Assembly: GCA_965116075.1 (NCBI GenBank)
Contig: OZ220467.1
Coordinates: 2,308,849-2,372,848, forward strand
Length of the DNA: 64,000 nucleotides
Direction of reading: 5' to 3'
From: Thermodesulfobacteriota bacterium
GTDB lineage: Bacteria > Desulfobacterota_D > UBA1144 > Nemesobacterales > Nemesobacteraceae
Shown one piece after another: positions 55,925 through 64,000 of the stretch. A model generated the notes under the pieces. It did no database searches. It was not told the origin of the DNA and saw nothing but the letters and a program-made list of their open reading frames with translations. Every line of letters begins with the position of its first letter. Position 1 is the first letter of the stretch. The position numbers were made by a program, and so were the translations under genes.

Positions 55925-56346
55925 TGATCATGAAATCCTAACGCAACAGAATACAACTATCAAGAATCAGCTAAACCACAACTGTCTTGTGATGATGGCG
56001 CTAGCCATTGGACACATAAAGGCTGGAAGGGCTGATAAGATGAGGTCACTTGTTTCTGGGTGTGCTCCTCGGGCTGGATAGGGTTTTTCTCCGAATACTA
56101 CAGATAATTTGACCAGAGGAATTTAGCGGTAGTGGCCGTGAATGTATAGTTGCGTCTAAAGGCTGATAATTGGGCGAAAATCAGCGTCATATCCTGCGAA
56201 AATCAAGGAATCTGACCGTCAGATTGTTCAAATACGAATCAGTACGAACTGAAACAGTGCTGAACATGCCTTCATACGTCCTCATTACGTCTAAAATCAC
56301 TCTCAAAAACCTTACAGCGCAAATGCCTCCTCTTTCTCGCTAGTCC

Positions 56347-56376
56347 TTGACTTTGTAAGGGGGGGGGGGGTAAACT
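56347..56376 (+). promoter_or_regulatory. Putative promoter with G12 tract in the 18-nt spacer (paralog 3)
   Basis: TTGACT (56347-56352), ttgtaa plus G12 (56359-56370), TAAACT (56371-56376). The ATG lies 95 nt downstream. Confidence 0.55.
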
Positions 56377-56470
56377 CAAAAGGCTGGCTTAAGAATAAGA
56401 TTTTTACAATAAGATTTTGCCAGATAAATGTCCATTTATAAATGAAACAACTTATAAGGGAGGTTGTAAT

Positions 56471-57652
56471 ATGAAGTTGCGTAACTTATTAGTGATGTTG
56501 TTACTGCTCACTGGAGCAGTTTTGTTTGTAGCTTGTGAGGGCGAAAGAGGTCCAGCGGGTCCAACAGGGCCAGTAGGTCCAGCGGGTCCAGCAGGGAAGG
56601 ACGGAGTAGACGGAAAGGACGGCGCACAAGGGCCAGCGGGGGCAGCAGGCGCGAAAGGCGATGACCTAACCGAAGGTGATCCTAGATGCGACCGCAGTAA
56701 CGGAATAGATGTACCCGTAGGAATACGACTCATTTATGGTACAGGCGATGATGATGTTATTTGCGCAAATCGCCTAGATAACCAGATTAGAGCCGGTGAG
56801 GGCGATGATACGGTTTACGGTGGGGATGGAGCTGACAAAATGATAGGTGGCGATGGCGATGATACGCTTTACGGTGAAGATGGCGCTGATGATTTTTTTA
56901 TTTGGCAACAAAAAGGCGCTAATACATATATTGGTGGGAATGGGAAAGACATGATCTATTTTTGGAGAGATAATCCGAGTGCAACAAGAATAAAAACGGG
57001 CGTTAGTGCTGGTATATATACTGAGCAGAGTGATGGTTCTGACGCCCCTAACAGCGATATAACCTTTGATCTTTCTTCTGGGAGTTTTAATGCTACTTTT
57101 TCGACTACGTCTGGCTCGTATACATTTGAGAGCATTGAGGCTGTTAGAGGTGGCGATGGGGATGACACTATCACTGGAGACGACAAAGACAACTTCATCC
57201 ATGGAGGTTACGGAGACGACACCATAAACGGCGGGGGTGGCGATGATATGCTTCGCGGGGGGGCCGGGGATGACATAATAAACGGCGACGACGGGGACGA
57301 CTTGTTTTACGCATACAATAGGACCACGGATACGCTTACCGGCGGAGCTGGGGCAGACACTTTTGTTTTTGAGAATTGGAATACGCCAGGAGTCCACGTG
57401 ATAAAGGACTTCAACTTGGATGAAGATATAATCTATCTCAACGGTTATCCCTCGGGTGATTCAGCGCGGGATATAACTAATTCAGGCGCTAACCTATTAG
57501 CGGGTACAACTACTTTTGCGCTGATTGAAAAGGGTGGCGCCAACAGCTCCACTCACGCCAAAGCGATAGCAGACAAGACAAGCGCCGTTAAGTTTGTAGA
57601 TAATCCGCAACTTGATCCGGAAACGAGAACTTGGTCTTTTGATGACGATTAA
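56471..57652 (+). CDS. Lipoprotein-signal / collagen-like / RTX repeat protein, paralog 3
   Basis: The ATG at 56471 is preceded by GGGAGG. MKLRNLLVMLLLLTGAVLFVAC, GERGPAGPTGPVGPAGPAGKDGVDGKDGAQGPAGAAGAKG, and RTX repeats (GGDGDDTLYGEDGADDF, GGGGDDMLRGGAGDDIINGDDGDD, GGAGADTF). Confidence 0.85.
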   Translation: MKLRNLLVMLLLLTGAVLFVACEGERGPAGPTGPVGPAGPAGKDGVDGKDGAQGPAGAAGAKGDDLTEGDPRCDRSNGIDVPVGIRLIYGTGDDDVICANRLDNQIRAGEGDDTVYGGDGADKMIGGDGDDTLYGEDGADDFFIWQQKGANTYIGGNGKDMIYFWRDNPSATRIKTGVSAGIYTEQSDGSDAPNSDITFDLSSGSFNATFSTTSGSYTFESIEAVRGGDGDDTITGDDKDNFIHGGYGDDTINGGGGDDMLRGGAGDDIINGDDGDDLFYAYNRTTDTLTGGAGADTFVFENWNTPGVHVIKDFNLDEDIIYLNGYPSGDSARDITNSGANLLAGTTTFALIEKGGANSSTHAKAIADKTSAVKFVDNPQLDPETRTWSFDDD

Positions 57653-57677
57653 CAATCTTGGTGCGGAGTTTTATACG

Positions 57678-57712
57678 GCCCTGCAGGTTATCCCCCTGCG
57701 GGGCTTTTTTTT
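57678..57712 (+). terminator. Rho-independent terminator of RTX paralog 3
   Basis: GGCCCTGCAGG-ttatc-CCCCTGCGGGGC followed by T8. Confidence 0.7.
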
Positions 57713-57750
57713 GTTATACTGACAACAACAAAATCCAAGGAGGATATACG

Positions 57751-57990
57751 ATGAGCCTAACGGAAAGAATTAACCACGCCAGTTAATAGAATCGCATGAA
57801 GATAGGATAAGGGATTACGAGAGTAGAATTGAGAAAATGGAAAAGGAGATAAGCAAGAACAGAGGAGGCATTGATGAATATCACTCGTTTATTGAATTAG
57901 AGAAAGAACAAATAGCAGTGCTTAAGAAGTTTTTGTCGTTCGGTTCCGACTATCTGGAGACCCTTGCCAGTATTGTACGTAGTGGATAGA
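57751..57990 (+). pseudogene. Small coiled-coil protein gene, frameshifted homolog of 6127-7588
   Basis: AGGAGG then ATG at 57751 (MSLTERINHAS stop). The shifted frame continues QLIESHEDRIRDYESRIEKMEKEISKNR.. to the TAG at 57988-57990. DNA homology to the locus 1 gene is visible. Confidence 0.5.
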
Positions 57991-58032
57991 TCCACAACTA
58001 AAAAACTCTTATTCCATGCCAAAAAACGTCTA

Positions 58033-58442
58033 AAAAACTTTTCACCCCAGAAATACCCTCAAAATACCCCAAAAAAGCCCTAAAATCGGCTAATGTAAGT
58101 CAAAACCCAGAAATTTCACCCCACACTAAAATTGGTTGATATAACCTCTGTAAAAATTCTCCCAAAAACAAATAACTTGATGATATTATTTATTTTTAAT
58201 GCCACTATAAAGGTGTCTTCATAGGTTGAAATTATAATTTGCTAGCAAAACCTTCTTCTCTCCTATAAGAGCAAGTCAATGTTGTTTCTGGTCATCCTCA
58301 AGAAAAAAGCCCCAAAAATCGTTGTAGTGTAACTACCTCAAATTAATAACAAAGTTATCATCTACAAAAGAAATAAACCCATAGCAGTTCCACAATCATC
58401 AAAAGAAATCAGCATTAAGAATCACTACAGCGCAAATGCCTC
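58033..58442 (+). mobile_element. MITE family 2, copy C (lacks the left ~60 bp and left terminus)
   Basis: Collinear with copies A and B from AAAAAACTTTTCACCCCAGAAAT.. to the terminus ACAGCGCAAATGCCTC ending at 58442. Confidence 0.8.
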
Positions 58443-58585
58443 TGTCTTCGTTATATATTGATATATTTTTACCAATATACTACAATGTTTAGAAAGATGA
58501 TTCATAGAAACTAGTTTTGATCTTCTATATTTTTGCATCAGTAGACCGGAGTTTGGATGTGAACCCTTCTAAGTGAGGAAATAAT

Positions 58586-59893
58586 ATGGCAAATGATCAG
58601 TCGGATTTTCAATTAGAGGGACCTCCGAGCGCAAAGGGCCCCTTCAGTTGGTTTAGCGATATAAACTCCGAGCAGTGGAAATCTTTTATAGCGGCTTTTC
58701 TGGGATGGACTCTTGACGCTATGGACCTACTGCTTTTCGCATTTGCGGTCGGAAGTATCGCAGAAGTTTTCAACCTTTCTCCCGAAAAAATTGGCGCCCT
58801 TTTCTCTGTAACTCTTTTCGCTTCCGCCTTCGGAGGTGCACTGTTCGGCGTAGTTTCGGATTACTTTGGAAGGGTAAGAGCTCTTACATATACTATTCTT
58901 CTTTACTCTTTTTTCACCGGACTTAGCGCATTCTCTCCCAATGTGATCTTTTTCCTAGTATGCAGGGTGTTCCTCGGCTTGGGGATGGGAGGAGAGTGGG
59001 CTTCGGGAGAGGTCTTGGTCGCCGAATCTTGGCCTAAGCAACACAGAGGAAAGGTGATTGGAATGGTACAGAGCGGATGGGCCATCGGATATATCTTGGC
59101 TGCACTTCTTGCCACGGCCATACTTCCCTATTTTGATGTTGACCTCGGTTGGAGGATATTGTTCCTTATAGGAGTGACTCCCGCGTTTCTCGTTTTATAT
59201 ATAAGGCGCAATCTTTCAGAACCTGAGATATGGCGAAAAACCTCCCTGATGAGAAAGGAAAAAAAACTTGCAGGGGATCAAGATTTCACCTTCATACAGG
59301 TATTTAAGCATGGACTTCTGGGTTATACGCTTTTATCCATGCTTCTTACAAGTTTATGCATGATCTCCTATTGGGGACTTATGTTCTGGGTTCCGCAGTT
59401 TCTCGCAAGACCTATCTCAGAAGGAGGAGTGGGACTTGGAACTAAAGGTTTTATCTGGATAATACCGCTTAACATAGGGGCATTTCTCGGGTGTCTAACT
59501 TTCGGCTGGATAAGTGACAGGCTGGGAAGGCGCCCGGTCTTTATAAGTTATCTGCTAGTGATGGCCATTTTGGTCTATTTCTTCGGGCAAGCCCAATCTC
59601 TCTCACAGGTCCTTCTTTTAGGTCCACTTGTAGGATTTTTTGGAACGGGTTTTTACTCGGGATTTGGAGCAATATTCTCTGAGATGTTTCCCACTAGGGC
59701 GCGTGGCGCGGCAATGGGGTTATGCTATAATTTCGGGAGAGGCGTATCTGCAATAGCTCCACCTCTTGTCGGCTTTGTGGCTGGAATGAAAGGCTATGGT
59801 ACTGCTCTTATATCCGTATCGGTTTTTGCCGTAGCTGCTGCTCTTGTAGTTCTAGCACTTCCAGAAACTAGGGGTAAGGATCTAGAGATCTAG
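58586..59893 (+). CDS. MFS transporter
   Basis: 435 aa, about 12 predicted helices. GRVRAL and GRRPVF loop motifs. Confidence 0.8.
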   Translation: MANDQSDFQLEGPPSAKGPFSWFSDINSEQWKSFIAAFLGWTLDAMDLLLFAFAVGSIAEVFNLSPEKIGALFSVTLFASAFGGALFGVVSDYFGRVRALTYTILLYSFFTGLSAFSPNVIFFLVCRVFLGLGMGGEWASGEVLVAESWPKQHRGKVIGMVQSGWAIGYILAALLATAILPYFDVDLGWRILFLIGVTPAFLVLYIRRNLSEPEIWRKTSLMRKEKKLAGDQDFTFIQVFKHGLLGYTLLSMLLTSLCMISYWGLMFWVPQFLARPISEGGVGLGTKGFIWIIPLNIGAFLGCLTFGWISDRLGRRPVFISYLLVMAILVYFFGQAQSLSQVLLLGPLVGFFGTGFYSGFGAIFSEMFPTRARGAAMGLCYNFGRGVSAIAPPLVGFVAGMKGYGTALISVSVFAVAAALVVLALPETRGKDLEI

Positions 59894-59921
59894 ACCCCAT
59901 TGCGGTTGTTCTGCATTGGCA

Positions 59922-61742
59922 ATGCAAGAAAAGATTTCTGAGTTCTGCGGTTCACTTCCCTCAACAACCGGGGTTTACATAATGAGGGGAGGGGACGGCA
60001 CTCCGGTCTACATAGGAAAAGCAAAAAATCTGCGTTCCCGCGTGATGTCATACTTTCAGTCCGAGCGGGGAAGGGAAAGGGGACAGATTCCCTATCTCGT
60101 TAAGGAAGTTGATTCTATTGATTACATGGTGACTGAAAGTGAGAGCAAAGCGCTTTTTCTTGAAAACTCTCTGATAAAACGCCACAAACCAAAGTACAAT
60201 ATAAGACTCAAGGATGACAAAACCTTTTCTTCCCTTCGCCTCTCTACCAAAGAAAAGTTTCCCAGGCTTTCTCAGACAAAAAAAGTACGTGATGATGACG
60301 CGATTTATTTCGGTCCCTTCGCCTCGGGAAAGTTTCTCAAACGTACGGTGAATCTTGTCCACAGGCTTTTTCCACTCAGAGACTGTACCCAAAGCAAATT
60401 TGAAAGACACAGGACCAGACCCTGTCTGAATTACTTTATGAAGCTCTGCTCAGGACCATGCGCAGGCAAAATTTCGGAAGAGGATTATCAACATTTAGTA
60501 CTTCAAGCAACATCTTTTCTTCGAGGCGATAAGAAAAAACTGGTCAGAATGATAAGGGAGATGATGGAAAAAGCGGTGGCGGAAGGAAGATATGAAAATG
60601 CCGCCTACTACCGTGATCAACTCACAAGCCTCAAAGAAAACGCGGAGATTGATAGAGCAACATCTTCTAGATTTGAAGACACTGATGTATTGGGCATTTA
60701 CCGAGACTCCGAACACTACGAGTTTATGGTGCTATTTTCAAGAGGAGGCTCTGTGGTCGATAAGGTTAGCTTTTCAGTAAAAAGTGTTCACGACAACGAA
60801 GCTGAAACGCTTAGAGAGTTTATCGGCAGATTCTATTTTTCAGACCACTATGTTCCCGCAAGAATACTCCTGCCCTTTAAAATAAGAGACTATGACGGAT
60901 ATAGTCAGTGGCTTATGGAGAAGAGAGGAAAGAGGGTTTATATGGAAACTCCCGCTCGTGGGTTAAAAAAAGAACTTGTAAATCTAGCAACAAAAAACGC
61001 AAAGGAGAGTTTCTTCAGAAAAGCAGATGAAAAAATAAAACAAAGTTCTCTTCTCCGCAGTATAAGAAAATCGGCTGGAATAACTAGAACCCCTTACACT
61101 ATAGAGTGCTTCGACATATCCAATATTCAGGGAACTCAGATAGTCGCATCCTTAGTAAGATTCCGTAACGCAAAACCCGAAAGAGACAGATACAGAAAAT
61201 ATAGAATCACATCCGTATCTGGCCGCAACGATGATTTTCAGTCCATGTACGAAGTAATCTACAGAAGATCTCTGCGAGCCAAACAAAGTGATTGGGAACT
61301 CCCTGATCTGATGTTGATAGACGGAGGCAAAGGACAACTCAATGCCGCATGGGAAGCCCTTTGCGATTGCGGGATTGAAAATGAAGTTGAAATCGCCTCA
61401 ATAGCCAAGACCCTAGGACGAATGGGAACCGACAGAATTTATGTACGCGGGAAATCCGAGCCTTGTGATTTTTCCAACAACAAAAAGGGAATCTATTTCC
61501 TGATGAGGGTGAGAGATGAATCTCACCGCTTTGCAATCAATTATCACAGGAGGCTGAGGAAAGAAAAAACTTTTGCTTCACTTATAGATAGCGTGCCGGG
61601 AATAGGAAAAAAGAGAAAATTTCTGCTCCTTGAGCACTTTGGAAGCATAGAAAAGATAAAGGGAGCTACGGTTGAAGAACTCGCTTCGGTAAAAAATATG
61701 ACGAAAAAAACCGCGGAAAGCGTAAAAGAATATCTTAGGTGA
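59922..61742 (+). CDS. uvrC: Excinuclease ABC subunit C
   Basis: GIY-YIG domain (GVYIMRG..VYIGKAKNLRSRV). C-terminal HhH (PGIGKKRKFLLLEHFGS). The ATG at 59922 is preferred over the TTG at 59916. Confidence 0.9.
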   Translation: MQEKISEFCGSLPSTTGVYIMRGGDGTPVYIGKAKNLRSRVMSYFQSERGRERGQIPYLVKEVDSIDYMVTESESKALFLENSLIKRHKPKYNIRLKDDKTFSSLRLSTKEKFPRLSQTKKVRDDDAIYFGPFASGKFLKRTVNLVHRLFPLRDCTQSKFERHRTRPCLNYFMKLCSGPCAGKISEEDYQHLVLQATSFLRGDKKKLVRMIREMMEKAVAEGRYENAAYYRDQLTSLKENAEIDRATSSRFEDTDVLGIYRDSEHYEFMVLFSRGGSVVDKVSFSVKSVHDNEAETLREFIGRFYFSDHYVPARILLPFKIRDYDGYSQWLMEKRGKRVYMETPARGLKKELVNLATKNAKESFFRKADEKIKQSSLLRSIRKSAGITRTPYTIECFDISNIQGTQIVASLVRFRNAKPERDRYRKYRITSVSGRNDDFQSMYEVIYRRSLRAKQSDWELPDLMLIDGGKGQLNAAWEALCDCGIENEVEIASIAKTLGRMGTDRIYVRGKSEPCDFSNNKKGIYFLMRVRDESHRFAINYHRRLRKEKTFASLIDSVPGIGKKRKFLLLEHFGSIEKIKGATVEELASVKNMTKKTAESVKEYLR

Positions 61743-62114
61743 TTGCTGAGGCGTAGCAAATGCTTAGTTGTTGTGGATACCGATTGCCTTTAGCCTAGTG
61801 TTATTGTAGAGAGGACTCGCCAAAGGTGGAGGCATCTTGGATATGCCCGTGGTGTGAACCGTATCAGGAGGTTGTGCATAACACAAATGCTATATCTTAG
61901 AGTTTAAGTCGCGTGAGGTAAAAATATTTACCCTCCCCAATTTCTTTGATTTATATGTACATATTGAGTAGCGTAGCCTCCCTGATTTTTCGAAAACTTT
62001 TTTCTCCTTCCTTATAGTGTGCACCATTTGCATCGCTCATTAAACTGCGAAGCGCAACAACTAGGGTTGCTTTCGCTCCGTTCTGATAAGATTTTGGATA
62101 ATTTACTCAACAGG

Positions 62115-64000
62115 TCAAACGATCACCCTATGAACGCTCACCTTTGAATTGTTTTTTCGCACAAGCGCAAGTAGAAAAAAACTAAGTAATACTACAAAAT
62201 GAAATGCGTCTGACAGAAAACTCACTTGAACTTGCCTTTCACCTGAAATCGAACAACCTCCTGCTGCTGAACTAACATCTTCATTTATAGGGTTGGCTGG
62301 CGCAACAGGGTCTGGTGTTTTCTCATCTGTTGACCTAGTACCTCCACCTGTAGGACTAGTTGGCGTAGTAGCCGGTGTTCCACCCGTTGACCCAGTACCT
62401 CCACCCGCAGGACTATTTGGCGTAGCAGCCGGTGTTCCACCCGTTGATCCAGTACCCCCACCTGTAGGACTAGTTGGCGTAGCAACCGGCGTTCCACCCG
62501 TTGACCCAGTACCTCCACCCGCAGGACTAGTTGGCGTAGCAACCGGCGTTCCACCTGTTGACCTAGTACTTTCATTGTCCTCTATCGTTCCTACAGCAAT
62601 GCCATCAGAAATTGTCACGCCAGTAGACGGATCTGAAAGCGTCACCGTGAACGTCTCATCAGTCTCATCTATACTGTCATCAACCACTGTCACTGTTATT
62701 GTTGTCGTAGTCTGATTCGCAGCTATACTCCCCGCAGTAGGCGTCGCAACCTCTGTGAAATCCGTACCGGCAGTCGCAGTGTTTCCCGTCTCCGCGGTTA
62801 CCTTATACTTAAAAGTTAGTTCCGACGATGGCGCCGGGTCCGCTGTCACCGTAAACCCAAACGTCCCATCCTCCGCAGCGCTTACATCTCCTATGCTAAG
62901 CGTAATTGGCGTAACGGGGTCTGGCGCGCCACTCGCACCTAGTCTTACGAAAACATCATGGGGATCAAACTTCTTATAAAACTTATCGCTACTTACAATG
63001 CTACCAAACTCTATTGCATAAGTTTGCAGTCCTGTGCTTTGATTGGTATCTGATGCCGTTACAGTCACCTCTTGGGTGTCGCTCCAGTCAGTAGGCGTAA
63101 ACACAAGATTAGACGGCGAAATATTGATTTCACTCGAATCTCTACTTGCCAGAGGTATTGAAACGTTACTCATCGGTTCTGAGTCAAGTTTTACCGTGAA
63201 GGTCACCTCACCTCCAGTCCCTGCGGCAGGAGTGGATGTGGTTATCCCCGTTGGAGCGCAGGATGGTGGAAACGCGCTGTCTTTGATTTCCCATCCCATA
63301 TCCTGCAACATACCAAGACTGAGGTTCAGATTATCGGCATTAGTATGAAAGGGCGTCATAATATCTCCACTACTTTGAGATAGGTGTTTGATAGAGCCGC
63401 CACTAGAGAAATTTCTAGGTGCATGAAGCAAAGGTCTACCACTTGGATGTATACCAGATGATTTCAGTTCAGACATCTTCTGCGCCCAACTACATTGATT
63501 TGCGTTTTCAGACGTGCCATCCCAAGAAAGTTCCGTTTCAGAGGTAATCGCTTCTGCTCTTTCATCATCAGTGAGTTGGAGAAAAAACCCATCATCACTC
63601 TCTGAATATATCTGCTTCTGGTAGATAGTTTTCACTGGTGTCTGGTCAGAACTTGTAAGATAAAAGGACCCGTTCGCCTTCAGGCTAGAATGAAATCCTA
63701 ATCCATGAAACACTTCGTGTATTACAATTGTAACAAAATCAATAGAATTGGGTGGTGGGTTTCCGTCTAAACCATAGTAAAAATCAAAAGTTTCACTGAA
63801 TTTTATATGCATATCCTTTGTTAAAAGCCCTTCACACGTTGATGGCGGCGGCAATGCGTCAATTGCTTCGGCAAGAGCACATGCATAAAAGATTCCACTT
63901 TTTTGGAGAAGAAAAGATGAGGTTGAAGCAATGGGTGGTCGTTCGCCAGACGAACTGTTAAACGAAAAGAATTCGACCTCAACACTTACTGAGTCGTTTT
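62115..64000 (-). CDS. Secreted HExxH metalloprotease-like protein with Calx-beta-like domains, PT/G-rich tandem repeats and a C-terminal anchor/sorting-like tail (5' end outside window)
   Basis: The frame stays open to position 64000. HEVFHGLGF motif. Calx-beta-like segment (..TATAGTDFTEVA..TTITVTVVDDSIDETDETFTVTLSD). Four 19-aa repeats. The tail is GGCSISG plus a hydrophobic helix plus RKNN. Confidence 0.7.
   Translation of the reverse strand, partial: NDSVSVEVEFFSFNSSSGERPPIASTSSFLLQKSGIFYACALAEAIDALPPPSTCEGLLTKDMHIKFSETFDFYYGLDGNPPPNSIDFVTIVIHEVFHGLGFHSSLKANGSFYLTSSDQTPVKTIYQKQIYSESDDGFFLQLTDDERAEAITSETELSWDGTSENANQCSWAQKMSELKSSGIHPSGRPLLHAPRNFSSGGSIKHLSQSSGDIMTPFHTNADNLNLSLGMLQDMGWEIKDSAFPPSCAPTGITTSTPAAGTGGEVTFTVKLDSEPMSNVSIPLASRDSSEINISPSNLVFTPTDWSDTQEVTVTASDTNQSTGLQTYAIEFGSIVSSDKFYKKFDPHDVFVRLGASGAPDPVTPITLSIGDVSAAEDGTFGFTVTADPAPSSELTFKYKVTAETGNTATAGTDFTEVATPTAGSIAANQTTTTITVTVVDDSIDETDETFTVTLSDPSTGVTISDGIAVGTIEDNESTRSTGGTPVATPTSPAGGGTGSTGGTPVATPTSPTGGGTGSTGGTPAATPNSPAGGGTGSTGGTPATTPTSPTGGGTRSTDEKTPDPVAPANPINEDVSSAAGGCSISGERQVQVSFLSDAFHFVVLLSFFLLALVRKNNSKVSVHRVIV
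62338..62568 (-). repeat. 4 x 57-bp in-frame tandem repeat (STGGTPVATPTSPAGGGTG)
   Basis: Read directly from the translation and from the DNA periodicity (..GTTCCACCCGTTGACCCAGTACCTCCACC..). Confidence 0.85.

Overview
This is a 64-kb piece of a low-GC bacterial chromosome (roughly 40% GC by eye, not computed). I cannot assign a taxon from sequence alone.

**Housekeeping backbone**
- fic, tRNA-Ser(CGA) and a JAB-DinG helicase.
- Sulfite/nitrite reductase, then the pentose-phosphate genes rpiA, pgi and tkt.
- SDR-folB, ogt, an acyl-CoA dehydrogenase, pepF, hpt and folK.
- Two ABC exporter genes, yigZ, a nitroreductase, an aquaporin, an aldo/keto reductase and amt.
- miaB, an MFS transporter, uvrC, and a partial Calx-beta metalloprotease.

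**Mobile elements.** The window carries an unusually dense, mostly decayed and nested set of them.
- Three copies of an IS66-like element. Its transposase is translationally coupled to a DUF4338 (DruA-like) gene.
- One IS630, one IS5-family element and one IS1634-family element.
- Three distinct MITE families, each with terminal inverted repeats and target-site duplications readable in the sequence.
- Several insertions split genes that become in-frame again when the element is removed: a nucleoside 2-deoxyribosyltransferase, a HerA-like ATPase, a small coiled-coil gene, and the IS66 transposase itself.

**Most interesting signal.** Three paralogous genes encode proteins with a lipoprotein signal, a collagen-like GXY stalk and RTX calcium-binding repeats. 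They lie at 7686-8858, 28006-29241 and 56471-57652.
- Each is preceded by the same promoter-like region, in which a poly-G tract forms the spacer between the -35 and -10 hexamers.
- The tract is G12, G16 and G12 at the three loci, giving spacers of 18, 21 and 18 nt. This predicts independent slipped-strand phase variation.
- The same 16-mer that forms the terminal repeat of one MITE family sits just upstream of each promoter.

All family names are recalled from motifs seen in the translations. No database search was possible.
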